Assembly: GCF_028641065.1 (NCBI RefSeq) | Contig: NC_073387.1 | Location: 21,638,001 to 21,702,000 of the forward strand | DNA length: 64,000 bases | Reading direction: 5' to 3' | DNA from: Leucoraja erinacea | Taxonomy: Eukaryota | Part shown: positions 12,819 through 25,708 of the stretch, in pieces | Layout: the number at the start of each line of letters is the position of its first letter | Position numbering within the stretch: the stretch's first letter is position 1 | Notes under the pieces: generated by a model | Database searches by the model: none | The model's input: the letters and a program-made list of their open reading frames with translations, nothing else | Told to the model about the DNA's origin: nothing | Program-made: the position numbers and the translations under genes

Positions 12819-15299
12819 TTCGCCTGCGGATAGCCAGTTATTCTTTCGGCACGTATTTACTTCTGACGCACAGTTTCCAATGCTCTTCGTGAGAGATCTA
12901 GAAATTATTGGACTGACTGTAGAAAAATACATTAATTCCATTTTTTCTGCCTCTGGCGCAGATCTAACTTTATGACGATACGTATCTGAAAGGGATCCAT
13001 TTCCCCGGATTTCAAGGACATTGGCAAATAATTTGGAGTCCGGCACTAGCTGTAGATTGACATGCGCGTTATGCCTTCCAACATTGGAATCTAATTCATT
13101 GATACCGCAACATTTTGCAAGATAGCAACTCGCAGTACGATGTGGCTGTTTGTGTGCTGGGCAAATAACAATAATTAGGACTATTATAATAACGAGGAGT
13201 AAGAATGTTACTGCTCCCAGAGAAATTATTATGTAAAATGCCAAGTCAGAAGACTCTTGCAAATCTCCATGGCGATCACCAAACTCTGACTGAAATAGCT
13301 CGGTTTGTTCAATTAAAGCGATGGCAATTGTGCCAGTGGCAGAGAGCGCAGGGTGTCCGTTATCCTTCACCAAAACGACTAGCTTTTGTGTGACGGCGTC
13401 TCCGTCCTTAAATCGGCGAACGCTCTTTACTTCTCCTGACCTATGCGATATTGTGAAAATACTTGGGTCAGTGGCATGTAAGAGCTGATAGGAAAGGCGT
13501 GCATTTTGTCCAGAATCGGCATCTGTAGCCAACACCCTGGTAACCAGAAAACCTGGATGGGCAGATCGAGGCACAGTTGCATTGTTGTGATGCTTGCTGC
13601 TAGCTGATATCACAGGAGGATTGTCATTCTGGTCAAGGATAATCACATTTACAGTAACGTTGCCAGTAAACACTAGAAATCCAGCATCCCGAGCTTGCAC
13701 TTGGATCTTAAAACTCTTTAGCAACTCGTAATCGAACGACCGCTGCGAATAGATCACGCCATTGTCAGAGCTGATTGAAACATAGGAAGTCACTGGGTCA
13801 CCCTGAACGCTGCCCTCCACAATTCTGTAAGAAATTTGGGAATTTCCTTCTGCATCTGGATCGAAGGCTGTCACAGATCCAATTGAACTGCCGGGCGAAT
13901 TATTCTCAGTCACATAGATGGTGTGTGTAGGCTGTGAGAATTTGGGAGCATTATCATTTATATCTGAAACATATACAATCATCGTTCTATTTGTAGATAG
14001 TGGAGGTGTTCCTTGATCTTTGCATGTCACAGTCAGCGCGTACTCATAAATTATTTCCCGATCAAGCGTATCACTTACGATTAGTTTATATGAATTTTCA
14101 AGCGAGCGCTTCAATTCGAAAGGTGCGGTTGGTGAGACCTGGCAATCAGTAATGCCATTCCTATTGGAATCTCGGTCTGTAGCGCTGACTAAAGCAATCG
14201 GTGTTCCAACAGGCGTGTCCTCACTGACTGTACTCGAAGCTGATTTCATAACCACTTCAGGCGCATTATCATTAACATCTTCGACATTCACCCGAACAAT
14301 ACAGTACGCGGACAATGACTGTGCCCCCATGTCCTTAGCTTCGACGTGAATTTCATAGACACTGGTTTCTTCAAAATCTAATTTTCTCTTTACTCTAATC
14401 TCTCCCGATTTCGGATTAATGCTAAACATTTCCAGTGCACTGTCTTCATTATAGCTGCCCAAAGAATAGCTTATGTCACTGTTGGATCCTTCATCCAAAT
14501 CAGTAGCATTAACTTTAATTACCAAGGTACCTGGTGCAACGTCTTCCATTAAGCTAACAGAGTCCAATGGCATTTGAAAAATGGGCGCATTATCATTCGT
14601 GTCAGTAACAACGATAAATATCTGAGAAGTACCTGACCTCTCGGGTATCCCACCATCAACAGCAGTAAGCAGTAAAGAGTGCATGGAGTACCTTTCACGG
14701 TCGAGCGACTGTTTCACCACTAATTCTGGTAATTTCCAATTGCCAAGAGTCTGTATATCTAAAGCAAAGTGATTATTTTGAGTTAGCTGGTACGTCCGAA
14801 CCGCATTATTTCCAATATCAGCGTCCTGTGCAGCCTTTAAAATGTAGTGAGTTCCAGGTGACACAGACTCTGCAATTTCCAAACGGATTTCTGTGTTCAA
14901 GAAATTGGGAGAATTGTCGTTTACGTCCAGAATTTCGACCTCCACTCGATAATGTTCCACGGGATTTTCTATTTCCAGTTCCAAGGGCAGTATACAAGAA
15001 AGACTCTTGCCGCAGATGAGCTCTCGGTCTATTCTCTTATTCACAAATAAAACTCCATTCTGAAGATTTATATCCAAAACTTGCGACGGTACCTGAGAAA
15101 CGATCCTTAATTTCCGACTTGATAGTTCCTCCAGAAATAGTCCCAAATCCTTAGCGATTTCGCCGACCAATGTACCGTGCTTCAATTCTTCTGGAATGGA
15201 GTAACGAATCTGCCCGGAAACCATGTTCCAGGCACAAAGCATCAAAATGGACGGTACCGCTTTCTCTCTCAACCAGAACATTCCGACTGTATGTGCCAT
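12819..15299 (-). CDS. Pcdh: Clustered protocadherin variable exon 2
   Basis: ORF 12795..15299; signal peptide MAHTVG...VSG|QIRYS, six EC repeats, TM, LEIRGNGSLSDTYRHKVR cytoplasmic motif. Phase-0 donor GAA|GTGAGT at 12819/12818. Confidence 0.95.
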
Positions 15300-15511
15300 T
15301 TCGTCTACAGGGATGTTAATTTCAACACACGATTTTCTGTGTGTTCCAATATTAATTATTACTTCTTGGACAAGTCGTGTAATTTAGGTAAGAGGACGAA
15401 AACCGTAGATACCTACTCAGGAGATAAATCTCGGTCACAAAAATAGCCAGGCTTCATACCTCGTTGTTAGAGGATGGGTGGTGAATCTCCAGATATATTT
15501 CTCTCCCATAT

Positions 15512-15551
15512 TGGTAGACAGCGACACAAAGAGTCCTTGTCTATAATTACA
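15512..15551 (-). promoter_or_regulatory. CSE of exon 2 promoter
   Basis: Sense TGTAATT-N9-GACTCTTTGTGTCGCTGTCTACCA(AT), 213 bp upstream of the ATG. Confidence 0.9.
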
Positions 15552-16974
15552 GTGGGTTTATGATATAGCTAGGCTCTAAATCACGAGAGTTTCAGCTTCA
15601 TAGCTATTTAGAAAGTAATTTAAAAGTGTACCTGATCGAAACAAAGTCCGGTGATCAGTCAGTCCTATTTGAAATTTAAACGAATGCAAATTATATTGTT
15701 TCAGCACTTTATATATGCCCCATCATTTTTTTACATTAGATAACTTAGTTGTGTGTTCTCATTAAAGGCTGTTTCATGATGTCTGTTATGTCTATGTTAA
15801 AACAGGTACGACATTTTCTTGACCTTTCCACGTTCGAGCAAATAATAATATATTCACAACAATGAGCAGGGTATTACTTTCGATAATATGCTTATATATC
15901 CATATAGCAATAAATAAATCTATCAATCCTCAAACTACAACTTGATTGTGATATAAATATAGTCATCTAATATAAACATTAACAACTATATTAACTTTCA
16001 TTTACATAGTGTCTTTCAATGTTGCAACCAACCTAGTATTAGCTCACCAATATTTACATGACATTTGTCCATCCAGTGTTCGGAATGCATCCACTTATGG
16101 ACAGACAACTCTATCGCAATGGGAGGATAGGGTATGGGTATGTGGAGGAAGATGGCAGACCTCATGTACAAAACAATTATTATCGCCCTCAAGCATTTCG
16201 TCAGATTTATCATTTTACTTTGCCAAAGGCATGCTTTTCATTATACAGCCCGGCCATATCAAGCTGTAGATCCTGCCTCGTGTCTAGTATACAGTTATGG
16301 CATGGATCCAAATAAATAATGAGTGTAATTATCGTAATCATTCTTTTAAAAGGAACACAGAAACCCATCGAAGAACAGTTATAAACTATAACTGATGTTT
16401 TCACAGGGAAACAATAGATTAAAGAGGCATTGATCAGTTTTTGGTTACCAACAAATACACACTGAATCACGAGGGGCCAACTCTTCGTCTCAAGCATACG
16501 GCTATATATAGGTTGAAGAACAGAAAATATGTTTAACGAGTGAGTTCATGTTATGCGCTGAGCGTACTGTAAAGGAAGAGTGTCAGAACTAACATAACAT
16601 CCAATCTTCATTTAATTTTCAACATAGAACAGGTAGTATTGGTTAACTAGTAATATAAATGAGGTCACTTTTAATGTCATTGGAAACCTTACAATATGGG
16701 ACATTGGAACACATAAACAAATTTACATAATTACTCACCGGGTAACGGGATGGTTCGCCTAAGGTACTGGTGAATTTAGCAAACTGTACGACTGCCTCAA
16801 CTTCTTTAACTGAAACATACGTAATATTTACGATATGGTATTGGGAAATGATAACCTAATGCACCTTTCTTGTCCAATGAACGTAGCAGTTATGAAGATT
16901 ATGCAAACCCATAGAGCCAGAGAGCTCTACAGCAAGGAAACAGATCCAACTCGTTCCATGCTAACCAAGATGCT

Positions 16975-17400
16975 TATTTTAGGTAGACTGAGTCTTGTTT
17001 TCCATGGAAGTGAAGAGGCAGTGGGGTGACCCATTCGAGGTTTGATTAAGATACCTTGATAGGGGTGGTTAATCAGATTTTCTCCATATTAGAGATGGCG
17101 AAAGCCAAAGAGCTTAGGTATAAAATTAAAGGTTATAAGTTCAAAGTGGAACTTCATAAATTTACCTTTTTACCCAGAAGGCAGATCCAATTTGGAAGAC
17201 TGCCTGAGAATGGGCTGGAGGAAGGTACTCACATATAATATTTTAAAAGTATTTGGTCAAGCACTTGAATCACCAAGGCATAGAAGGCTACGTACTAGTA
17301 TTCGTAAGTGGGATTGGTATTGTTACGTAGTTGATCATCAGATCGGACATGGTGGAGCGAACGACTGGTTTCACTGCTGCGTGCTGCTATGAATTCATAG
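16975..17400 (+). mobile_element. Highly decayed CR1-type LINE fragment
   Basis: Residual similarity to the CR1 ORF2 end/3'UTR seen elsewhere in the window. Confidence 0.5.
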
Positions 17401-17661
17401 TGCATGGAGTTGTTATCGATTTATTCTCATGGGCAGAGAAGGAGTGTAAAAGCAGCAGAGAATAGAATGTTGGATCAGATGGATCACACTCTGAAACCAA
17501 TGGTGCATGTCAGAAATTTGCATTGGAGCATAAGCTATGTGCAATCTACTTTCATGGTGTTTATGAATGGGCATGGTTTGCTGGGTAGACTAAATGTACT
17601 AATATATGTAGGTCAACTAATTTAGAGTACTGCAAACAGAGATGTCAAATAGATTATGAGT

Positions 17662-17880
17662 GCAGGCCCATACGAAGCTTTTCAAAAAGGGGGTTACAAA
17701 AATAATATGTGAATGAATGTGCGTGCAGAGCATATCACGAGCACGAAGCGCGAATCCCTCGCAGCTGGGGTCCAGGGTCCACTTAAGGTCCCTGGAAGCT
17801 CTGAGGTTTGAGATGCTCTGGTGCATTCTGAGCCTTATTTTGGAGCAATTTGCACCAAATTTATGACCAATATTTCAGAA
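17662..17880. mobile_element. Probable non-autonomous DNA transposon fragment
   Basis: GCGCGAATCCCTCGCAGCTGGGGTCCAGGG...CCCTGGAAGCTCT...GATGCTCTGGTGCATTCTGAGCC resembles interspersed repeats of aquatic animals; family not determined. Confidence 0.35.
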
Positions 17881-18474
17881 ATAACTTTGGTTGAGTCAAG
17901 AGTAATAAGTGGCTGGAATGGGATGATTGGGATCATTGTTGTATACATTTTTAAAAATCAAGAATTGAAGTTGTCCTTGTTTTAATAATCAAGTTGTACT
18001 GTTGTAAAATGCTATGTAAAATGTTATAAAGGAGCATGCAGAAACTGCAAATAAAGTACTGTGAGTTTTTTGCAGTAAAGAAAACCTTATATTAGAAAAT
18101 ATTTTGTGTTTTGATTTGATTACCTGTTACTGGTAGACTGTGTTAGTGTGTGCATTGCACTGTTAAGGTCCTCCTGACCTAACAACTTCACATCACATCA
18201 ATTTCAACATGGAATAGTGATGCGAATACAACATTCAGTTCGACTTCAATTTCCATCATGAAAATTGAAGTCAAACTAAATGGTGCATTTACATTACTAT
18301 GATCGCGTTCAAACTAACCTATTTTACTGTCATACTATTATAACAAATTCTAGCTCCATGATGACATAAACAAGATCACTAAACACATTTTGATTTCTGA
18401 AACACAATGGGATTGTAAGTAATTGCAAGCTGCCAAATTTCACCGAGCATTGCCGTATTTTGACGGCGTACTGA

Positions 18475-18566
18475 TTGGGGATGATCAGCCATGATCACAT
18501 TGAGTGATGGTGCTGGCTCTAAGGGCCAAATGACCTACTCCAGCATCTATTGTCTATTGTCTATTG
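18475..18566 (+). mobile_element. CR1-type LINE/SINE 3' terminus with (CTATTGT)n tail
   Basis: GATCAGCCATGATCACATTGA...CCTACTCC...CTATTGTCTATTGTCTATT. Confidence 0.7.
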
Positions 18567-18617
18567 AATACTGAAAATCAGTACTACTGAATTGTGAAAC
18601 CATTTTTGAAATGTAAA

Positions 18618-19450
18618 TTTATAATTATTGATTTTGATTGATCTTGTATGTGGATGTGTGTGTGGATATTCACATCTTATCTTAATGACGCGCTAATTGT
18701 AAAATGTTTACATATTCCGGTAGAGATTGTTTCCGTGGAGTTCGAAATCACCTTATCTGAAAAGGTTGTGCTTTATTTCTCGGGTTATTAATGAAAGGTC
18801 AAAAATCTGAAATATCTTTGAAAAAACCACAACTCTTTCGCTGATGACAGCACAATGGATCTGTGTGACAGCCATCTGCATGCCTGCGTGCCTTCCACGC
18901 ACAGCAAGTGACCCCCCCACCCCCCCCCCCCCCACCTCTCCCTCCTTCCCCCGTTATTCAAAAGACGCAGCCCCTCCTCTCCCAGACATTCTCCCCCCCC
19001 CCCCCGCTCTCTTCCCCCCCCCCTCTCTCTCTCCCCCCTGGCCTCTCCTCCACCACCACCACCCCCTCTCTTCCATCTCACCCACCCCCCGGCCTCTTTT
19101 CCGCACCCGACTCCTCTCCCCCCCCCCCCCTCCCTCCTCTCCCCGTCCCCTCCTTCCCTCTCCACTTCTCTCTCCCCCATCTCCTCACCCTGTCCCCCCA
19201 CTCCGCCATTCCCCCCCCCCTCTCCTCCCCCAATCTCTCCACCCCTCTCTCTACCGCCCACCTCTCGCTCTGCCTTCTCCCCCTCCCTCACCCCCCCCCC
19301 CCCCCCCCTCTCCACACCCTCTCGCGTCTGCGAGTTGGGAGCCATGTGTGAATGGATAGAGCAGGGATGGGGTAAAAGGGGCAGATTAATAATATTAATA
19401 TAATATCAAGGGGTGGTTATTGTGTCTGTGTGTGTGGGTGTGTTTAGTGT

Positions 19451-19481
<31 letters not shown>

Positions 19482-19568
19482 GGGGTTAGTATGTGTGATA
19501 GCAGGCATCCCCTCCCCCCCACCCCCCGCGTTGTGGAGACGCGACCCAACGGGTTCCACTTGGTCTAG
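18618..19568 (+). mobile_element. Helitron-like non-autonomous element 1
   Basis: 3' hairpin GACCC-AAC-GGGTT (19543-19555) followed after 9 nt by CTAG|T. First ~220 bp are homologous to the start of the next element; interior is C-rich low complexity. 5' boundary approximate. Confidence 0.6.
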
Positions 19569-19914
19569 TAACTATTAAAAGTCTGATCTTGGATATGTGT
19601 GTGTGAGTTTCTTCGTGTGTGTTTCTTCGTGTGTGTTCGTTGTGTATAATCACATCTTCTAAAAAAAAACGCGGCGCTAACGTAAACGGTAAAATATGTA
19701 TATATTCCGTTAAAGATTTTCACCTGTTGTCCACAAGCACCTTATCTGAAAATGTCATGCATTATTTCTCGAATTATTAATGAAAACCTTAAAAAATCAG
19801 ACAATCTTTGAAGTCTGCGCCGTCTTACTCGCGCTGCAAGTGTCGTCACCCACCTCACCCCTCCCTCCTCCTTTGGTTGACGCTCGCTCCCCGCTGCTCC
19901 CCCCCCACTCCTCC

Positions 19915-19954
<40 letters not shown>

Positions 19955-20358
19955 TCCCTGCCCCCCCACCCCCTCCCCCCCCCCCCCCCCCCCCCCACTC
20001 TCCCCCTCCTCCCTCCTCCCCCCCCCCCCCCCCCCCTCCAGTCGGCATGCCAGCAGCATCACAAGGTGCACAAGTAACCATGCCAGCAGCGGCTTGAGAA
20101 GCAGCAGCACGTCGCCCCAAGGAGCCGCTCAAGCGGCGGATTGGTGAAGGCGGATTGCGGCGCTCGCACTCCGACCTCAGCTGCCGCTTCTCCTGAACCT
20201 ACTCGGGATTGGAGTTTCTTCGAGTACTGCGAACTGGAGCTCTCGAGAAGGTGCCAGATCGAGAACCTGGCCAGACTCGAACCTGGCCTTGTCCTCAAGT
20301 TTCGCAGCGTGAGCTGGCCAGACGCGAACAGCAGCAGCGTTAGCGGCAACCAGCCGCT

Positions 20359-20403
<45 letters not shown>

Positions 20404-20606
20404 GGACCAAGCACCCGCCCTCTGCCAGGGTCATCCAGTGGCTGTACAGCTGCAAGGGGGCCAAGGAACCCAAAGGCAATACTCCCTCTGTCCTGGTGTG
20501 GAATAAAAAAATATCGCGTCCCAATTTCTTTTTACTCTGCATCCATCGCCCCCCCCCCCCCCCCCCCCCCGGACGGCCATGATCAGCGGTGGCAAACAAA
20601 GTTTAG
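19569..20606 (+). mobile_element. Helitron-like non-autonomous element 2 (head-to-tail with element 1)
   Basis: Starts ACTATTAAAAGTCTGATCTTG; shares TCACATCTT...ATATTCCG...CACCTTATCTGAAAA...ATTTCTCG..TTATTAATGAAA with element 1; ends with hairpin GCCAT...GTGGC then TTAG|T. Confidence 0.5.
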
Positions 20607-22994
20607 TAGCAAGTAATTAGGATAGCTAATGGAATATTGATCGCCTTAATTACAAGTGGCGTAAAGCAAGGAAATATAATGCAATGGTCTAACACCGCGG
20701 TGACCAGCACCAGAGGATAGTACGCATCACGTGCCACATTTAAGGAAGGCTACGATTACATTTGCTGCAGCACAGAGAGATTCAGAATGATGCAGAGAGA
20801 GAGGTTCCACGTTGATTCTTGGAATAAGTGCTTGACATACGAATAAAAGTCGAGCAAGATGGCTCTGTACTCTTTACCAGATGAAATACATGAAATATTA
20901 TCTTACAGACAGGCAGATAAGACTGTGAACAGGATTCACAATTGGCTACTCAGAGGATGTTACTCGTATTTGTATTATCTAAAACACGCGGTTGGATATT
21001 GTTCCAGAGTAAATGGCCATCGATTTAAGAAAGCCACTGAAAGATGTTCTATCTGTTCTGTTGAATATTCTAGCAGAGAGCGCAGCAGGCGCAGTCACTG
21101 GTAATGTTCAAAACGACGAGTGACATACATTTGAAAGGTAAGGTGGTCAAAGGTTTCAGGAGGAATGTGCTTTTGAGATCAAGATTGTATCACCATGAAC
21201 TTATTGAGTCAAGTACTGGGCTCCAGGAGTGGAGAAGGTTGGTATCATAATGAAATCAGTTTTGCTGCCTAATTTTCACCATTATGCTAAAGATTGTAAG
21301 CTAGCTTCATGAGTAATGATAGCCGCACAATTCTACATTAAACTGAAAAAGATGTTTTACTCATTATGGAGCCACTAATATAGGATTATCCTCTCACCAG
21401 CACAGCAATTTCACATCCTTCCTAGTTCTGCAGCAGTTATGGTAAAAGTACCACAGAACCTTGGTTCAAAGTAAATTTCAGTAATATCTCCCTTCAGTAA
21501 TATCTCCCTCCACCTGTTGGACTACGACCTGTTGAGACCTGACTGTCTGCGCATGTGCATACGAGCATTCCGTGTGATTTCCAACTTAATTAGTGCAATG
21601 TTTAATGATTTTCTATCATAACATTTGCCTTAAATATGTTGAAAAGTTAATGATAAAAGTTTCAAGAAGTGTAATGTTCCATATTACTCCAAATACCATT
21701 TTTGATTGTGCACAGTACTAGTTAATCCTCTAATCCAAAATCACAATAACAATATACTGGCAATTCTATCAAGATCCCTAGTAATGTTTGAATTAAAAGC
21801 GACAGTTCTCCTTATCTCCACTCCTTCCCAATAACCGCTTTAGATCTCGTCCCGCTTTGGTCCGTCTGATGGAGGATATAGACTTTTTTTTCATATCACT
21901 ACGACCCTCATAATATTCATCACTCAATTCATCTTCGCTTCCGTTACAATGTAATCGTTTCCAGTTTCTCCAAATGTTCCAGTCCTAGAAAAGTCATTTG
22001 TTCTCTGCAATCTGCTAACGCTATGCACGAACTCTGACTTATCGGGTATTTGGCAAACTTTGATGTAACTCAGTTGCAATTCAATCCAAGCTCTACCAGC
22101 TCGATTACAACTCTGACATTTACAAGACATTTCATAAAACGAGCATACTGAGATAGTTTTCCAAAATATCGTGAAAATGCATTGAAGGTAAGGAGAAATT
22201 ACGATTTCCGTCCAAACGCTATAAGGGATCCGAAAATCTGCGTCTAAAAGAATGGACAAGGAAACTCTCATCATCTTTAAAACCTAGTTGGACGTGTACT
22301 TGAGGCGCCGCTGCTCGCAAGGCTGCGGACCTCGTTCTGGAAGGAAGAATAGGCTGGGGTGTACTATTTTGTGAACACTGCCTCCTTCAGGCAAATAGCT
22401 TCCATCGGTATCCTAAATGTAATACCTTTCTCTGTTTGCTGGACCACGCGAAAGGCAACGCCTAAAGTCACTTTCAATGCTTCAACCATAAAATGGTTCA
22501 TTTTCCTTGGCGCAATACAATACAATACAAGCAATAAGACAACCATTGCGGAAATACATTGTCCTATGGTTTAAAAATGTATAGGCAATTGGTGGACACA
22601 TAATACGTTTTCCCATTATTTCTGATGCGAGGTATGACAAAATGTAAATGTTTTGGGCTTTCCTCAGTCTTATTATTCTCATCAATTATTGCATTATGCA
22701 GCAGCTACCGCTCCAGCATCAATTTTACAAATATCGGCTTATAACATATACATAAACAAGATGGAAACAAAAATCCGGTGGGATCATCTCCCAACGATTT
22801 GTCTTATTATGCTCATGAATGTCATGAAACTTTAATTTAAATTGTGGGTAATTTTAATCAAAAAAATCGATAAAAATGGAAAATTATTAACACATGAAAC
22901 AGATACACGAGGAATTGGACCTGCATGAAGCATCTAATTTCATGGAGCTTTTTATTATACCAGTGACAAGTTATATGTGCTCTACAACACTCAC

Positions 22995-25448
22995 CATGTT
23001 CGTCGAACAGCTCCTTGGCTTTGTACTGTCCGTTGGCGCATATTTAGCGTACTTTTCAATGGTCCCGTGCATCTGTGGACTGAATGGAGTGAAATATATA
23101 TCCCGTGGTTCGGGCGCCGATCGAATTTTATAACGGTATGTTTCTGAAAGGGATCCATTTCCATGAACCTCAAGTAGACTGGGAAGGAAGTGAGAATCCG
23201 GCACGATTTGCAAGTTCACATTCGAATGCCTATATTCCAACTCTCTTCTGCAGCAACTGTCTGCTAAAGTGCAGGCATTCCCAGATGCAGAATGGCTGCC
23301 CATTGGGCAAATAACTACAACAAGTACAATTATAACCACCAAAAGAACAAACGAGGTTGCTCCTAGTGTAATTATTATATATAATGATAAGTTCTGCGTG
23401 TCTTCTAGGTCGTCACGCGCTTCATTGAAGTCCAGCAAACCCTCCGTATGTTCCTTCACTATTGTCAAAGTAAAGGTGGTGGTAGCGGAGAGAGCGGGAT
23501 AACCGGTATCTTTCACCTGGATAATCAGCCTTTGTGTGGTGGCGTCGCTATCTTTAATGCGCCGAGCAGTTCTTACCTCTCCTGAGTTATATGAAACTAT
23601 AAAGAGACCCGGGTCACTGGATTGCATGAGTTGATAAGACAGTTGTGCATTCTTACCGGAATCTGCGTCGGAAGCAAGGACCTTTGTTACCATATATCCC
23701 GGGTCTGCAGAACGAGGCACAGGCAGACTGCTGTTGCTTTTTATTGCATTTGCTGTTATCATGGGTGGATTATCGTTCTGATCCAAGACAATCACTTTCA
23801 CAGCAACGTCACTGGAAAGTGATGTTAATCCGGCATCTTGAGCCCGAACACGAAACTGAAAACCTTTAAGTCGTTCATAATCGAAAGGAGTTTTCGAGTA
23901 GATGCTGCCATTATTTGAGTTGATAAAGAGGTAGAAAGACACAGGCACTGACTGTATCTGGTTCTCCAAAATAGAGTAAGAAAGCTGTGAATTTCGGTCA
24001 ATATCAAGATCCAAGGCTGTTACTGATCCAATGTAGCTGCCTGGTTCATTATTTTCCGCCACATAGGCCGTGTACGAAGGCTGCGTAAAGCGCGGCGCGT
24101 TATCATTAATATCTGAGATATTTACTACAATCGTCCGGCTGGTAGATAAAGGTGGGATACCACGGTCTTTGCAAGTTACTGTAATCTTATGATGAGGGGC
24201 GCTTTCTCGATCGAGTGCTGCATTTGTAACTAGTCTGTAGGAATTTGCGAAGGAAGATTTAAGATTAAAGTGTATATTGGGTGAGATAGAACAGTCGATG
24301 AGTCCATTTTGATTGGAATCCCTGTCTGTCACACTGATCAATGCGATCAACGTTCCACTTGGATCATTTTCACTGACTGTACCGGAAACAGAATTCAGAG
24401 TTATATCAGGAGCGTTGTCATTCACATCTGTGATATCCACCCGCACATTGCAGAGTGTGGATAACGATTGCACACTTTTGTCCTTAGCTTGTACATAAAT
24501 CTGATAAATATTGGTTTCTTCAAAATCCATAATTCCTTTGGTACGTATCTCCCCGGATTTGTGGTTAATCGTAAACATTTCAGTTATCCTTTGTTCATTG
24601 TAACTGCTGAAAGAATAAACGATTTCGCCATTTGTGCCCTCGTCCAGGTCAGTCGCGTTAAGTTTAATCACCAAGGAATTTCGTGATACGTTCTCCTTTA
24701 GGCTAACAGTATACGCCGATTTCTCGAAAACCGGTGTGTTATCATTAACGTCCAAAACAACAATAGTTACATGAGCCGTACCTGACCTCCCTGGAGTACC
24801 GCCATCAAGAGCGGTCAGTAATAAACTGTACACTGGTTGTTTTTCTCGGTCGAGAATATTCTGCAGCACCAGTTCTGGTAACTTCAATTTCCCAAAATTC
24901 TGCACGTCCAACGTAAAATGATCATTAGCAGCGAGCTGGTAGTTACGAACAGAATTATTTCTCCCGTCCATATCGTGAGCGCCTTCTAACAGATAACGCG
25001 CTCCTGGCACCGTGGTTTCTGAAATTTCCAACCGAATTTCACTTTTCGGAAAATTCGGAGAATTATCGTTTATATCCAATATCTCAACTTCCACACGGTA
25101 CTGCTCCACAGGACTTTCAACCACCGATTCCACGAGCAATACACAGTTATCACTCTGACCACACAGTTGTTCCCTGTCGATTCTTGCACTTACAAATAAA
25201 ATTCCATTCTTATTATTTACATCCAAATATTGTTTTGATGCAGCTGATATAATTCTGAACTTACGGCTTGATAGCTCCTCTATGCTCAAACCCAAATCTT
25301 TTCCGATTGCTCCGACGAAGGCACCTTGTTCCAGTTCTTCTGGAATGGAGTAGCGAATCTGCCCGGAAACCAGATTCCACACACAAAGCAGAAAGATGGA
25401 TGATATCGCCGACTTTCCATGCACGCGGAAAATGTTCATTTGTGCCAT
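22995..25448 (-). CDS. Pcdh: Clustered protocadherin variable exon 3 (triplication copy A)
   Basis: ORF 22971..25646; likely start ATG 25448 (MAQMNIF...VSG|QIRYS, same leader length as exons 2 and 6). Phase-0 donor ATG|GTGAGT at 22995/22994; 818 codons. Confidence 0.93.
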
Positions 25449-25668
25449 TACTTCTGTGGGGTGGATCACAAATACCTTAACAATGTTTCTTCTTGAAAGC
25501 ATCCCGGCCCACATCCGAACCAATTCCTTCAATGTGTTGAATAAGTTGAAGTGTGATCGGATGAAGAGATGGTCCGCTGCGTTCGTACACACGCCGCCAT
25601 TATTCAGCTTCCTCTCTCGTATATTGGGGGATGGGCGGTGGATCACTAGGTGGTTTTCACCTCCTTAT

Positions 25669-25708
25669 TGGTAGACAGCGACACAAAGAGTCTCAGCCTA
25701 TAATTGCA
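25669..25708 (-). promoter_or_regulatory. CSE of exon 3 promoter
   Basis: Sense TGCAATT-N9-GACTCTTTGTGTCGCTGTCTACCA(AT), 221 bp upstream of ATG 25448. Confidence 0.9.

Noticed and set aside
18753-20132. Pro-rich and Gly-rich ORFs
   Set aside because: Translations of poly-C/poly-G tracts inside the Helitron-like elements; open in most frames.
21477-21509. Short tandem duplications (TTCAGTAATATCTCCC x2; also 1123-1150 and 60976-61015)
   Set aside because: Ordinary slippage duplications with no array structure; not CRISPR-like.
22364-22546. Small ORF (MVEALKVTLGVAFRVVQQ...) recurring in all three units, also the ORFs near 30157, 38761 and 47857
   Set aside because: Recurrence explained by the recent triplication; starts, lengths and frames differ between copies.
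23105-24686. Short plus-strand ORFs overlapping the Pcdh exons, repeated in each copy
   Set aside because: Antisense shadows of the cadherin coding sequence.
25449-25646. 66-codon N-terminal extension of exons 3-5 (891-aa ORFs), including in-frame ATGs at 25514 and 25502
   Set aside because: Starts at GTG inside the promoter GC-box; shared only because the copies are recent duplicates; the homologous region of exon 6 is frameshifted and has a stop. Treated as 5'UTR, though use of the upstream ATGs cannot be excluded.
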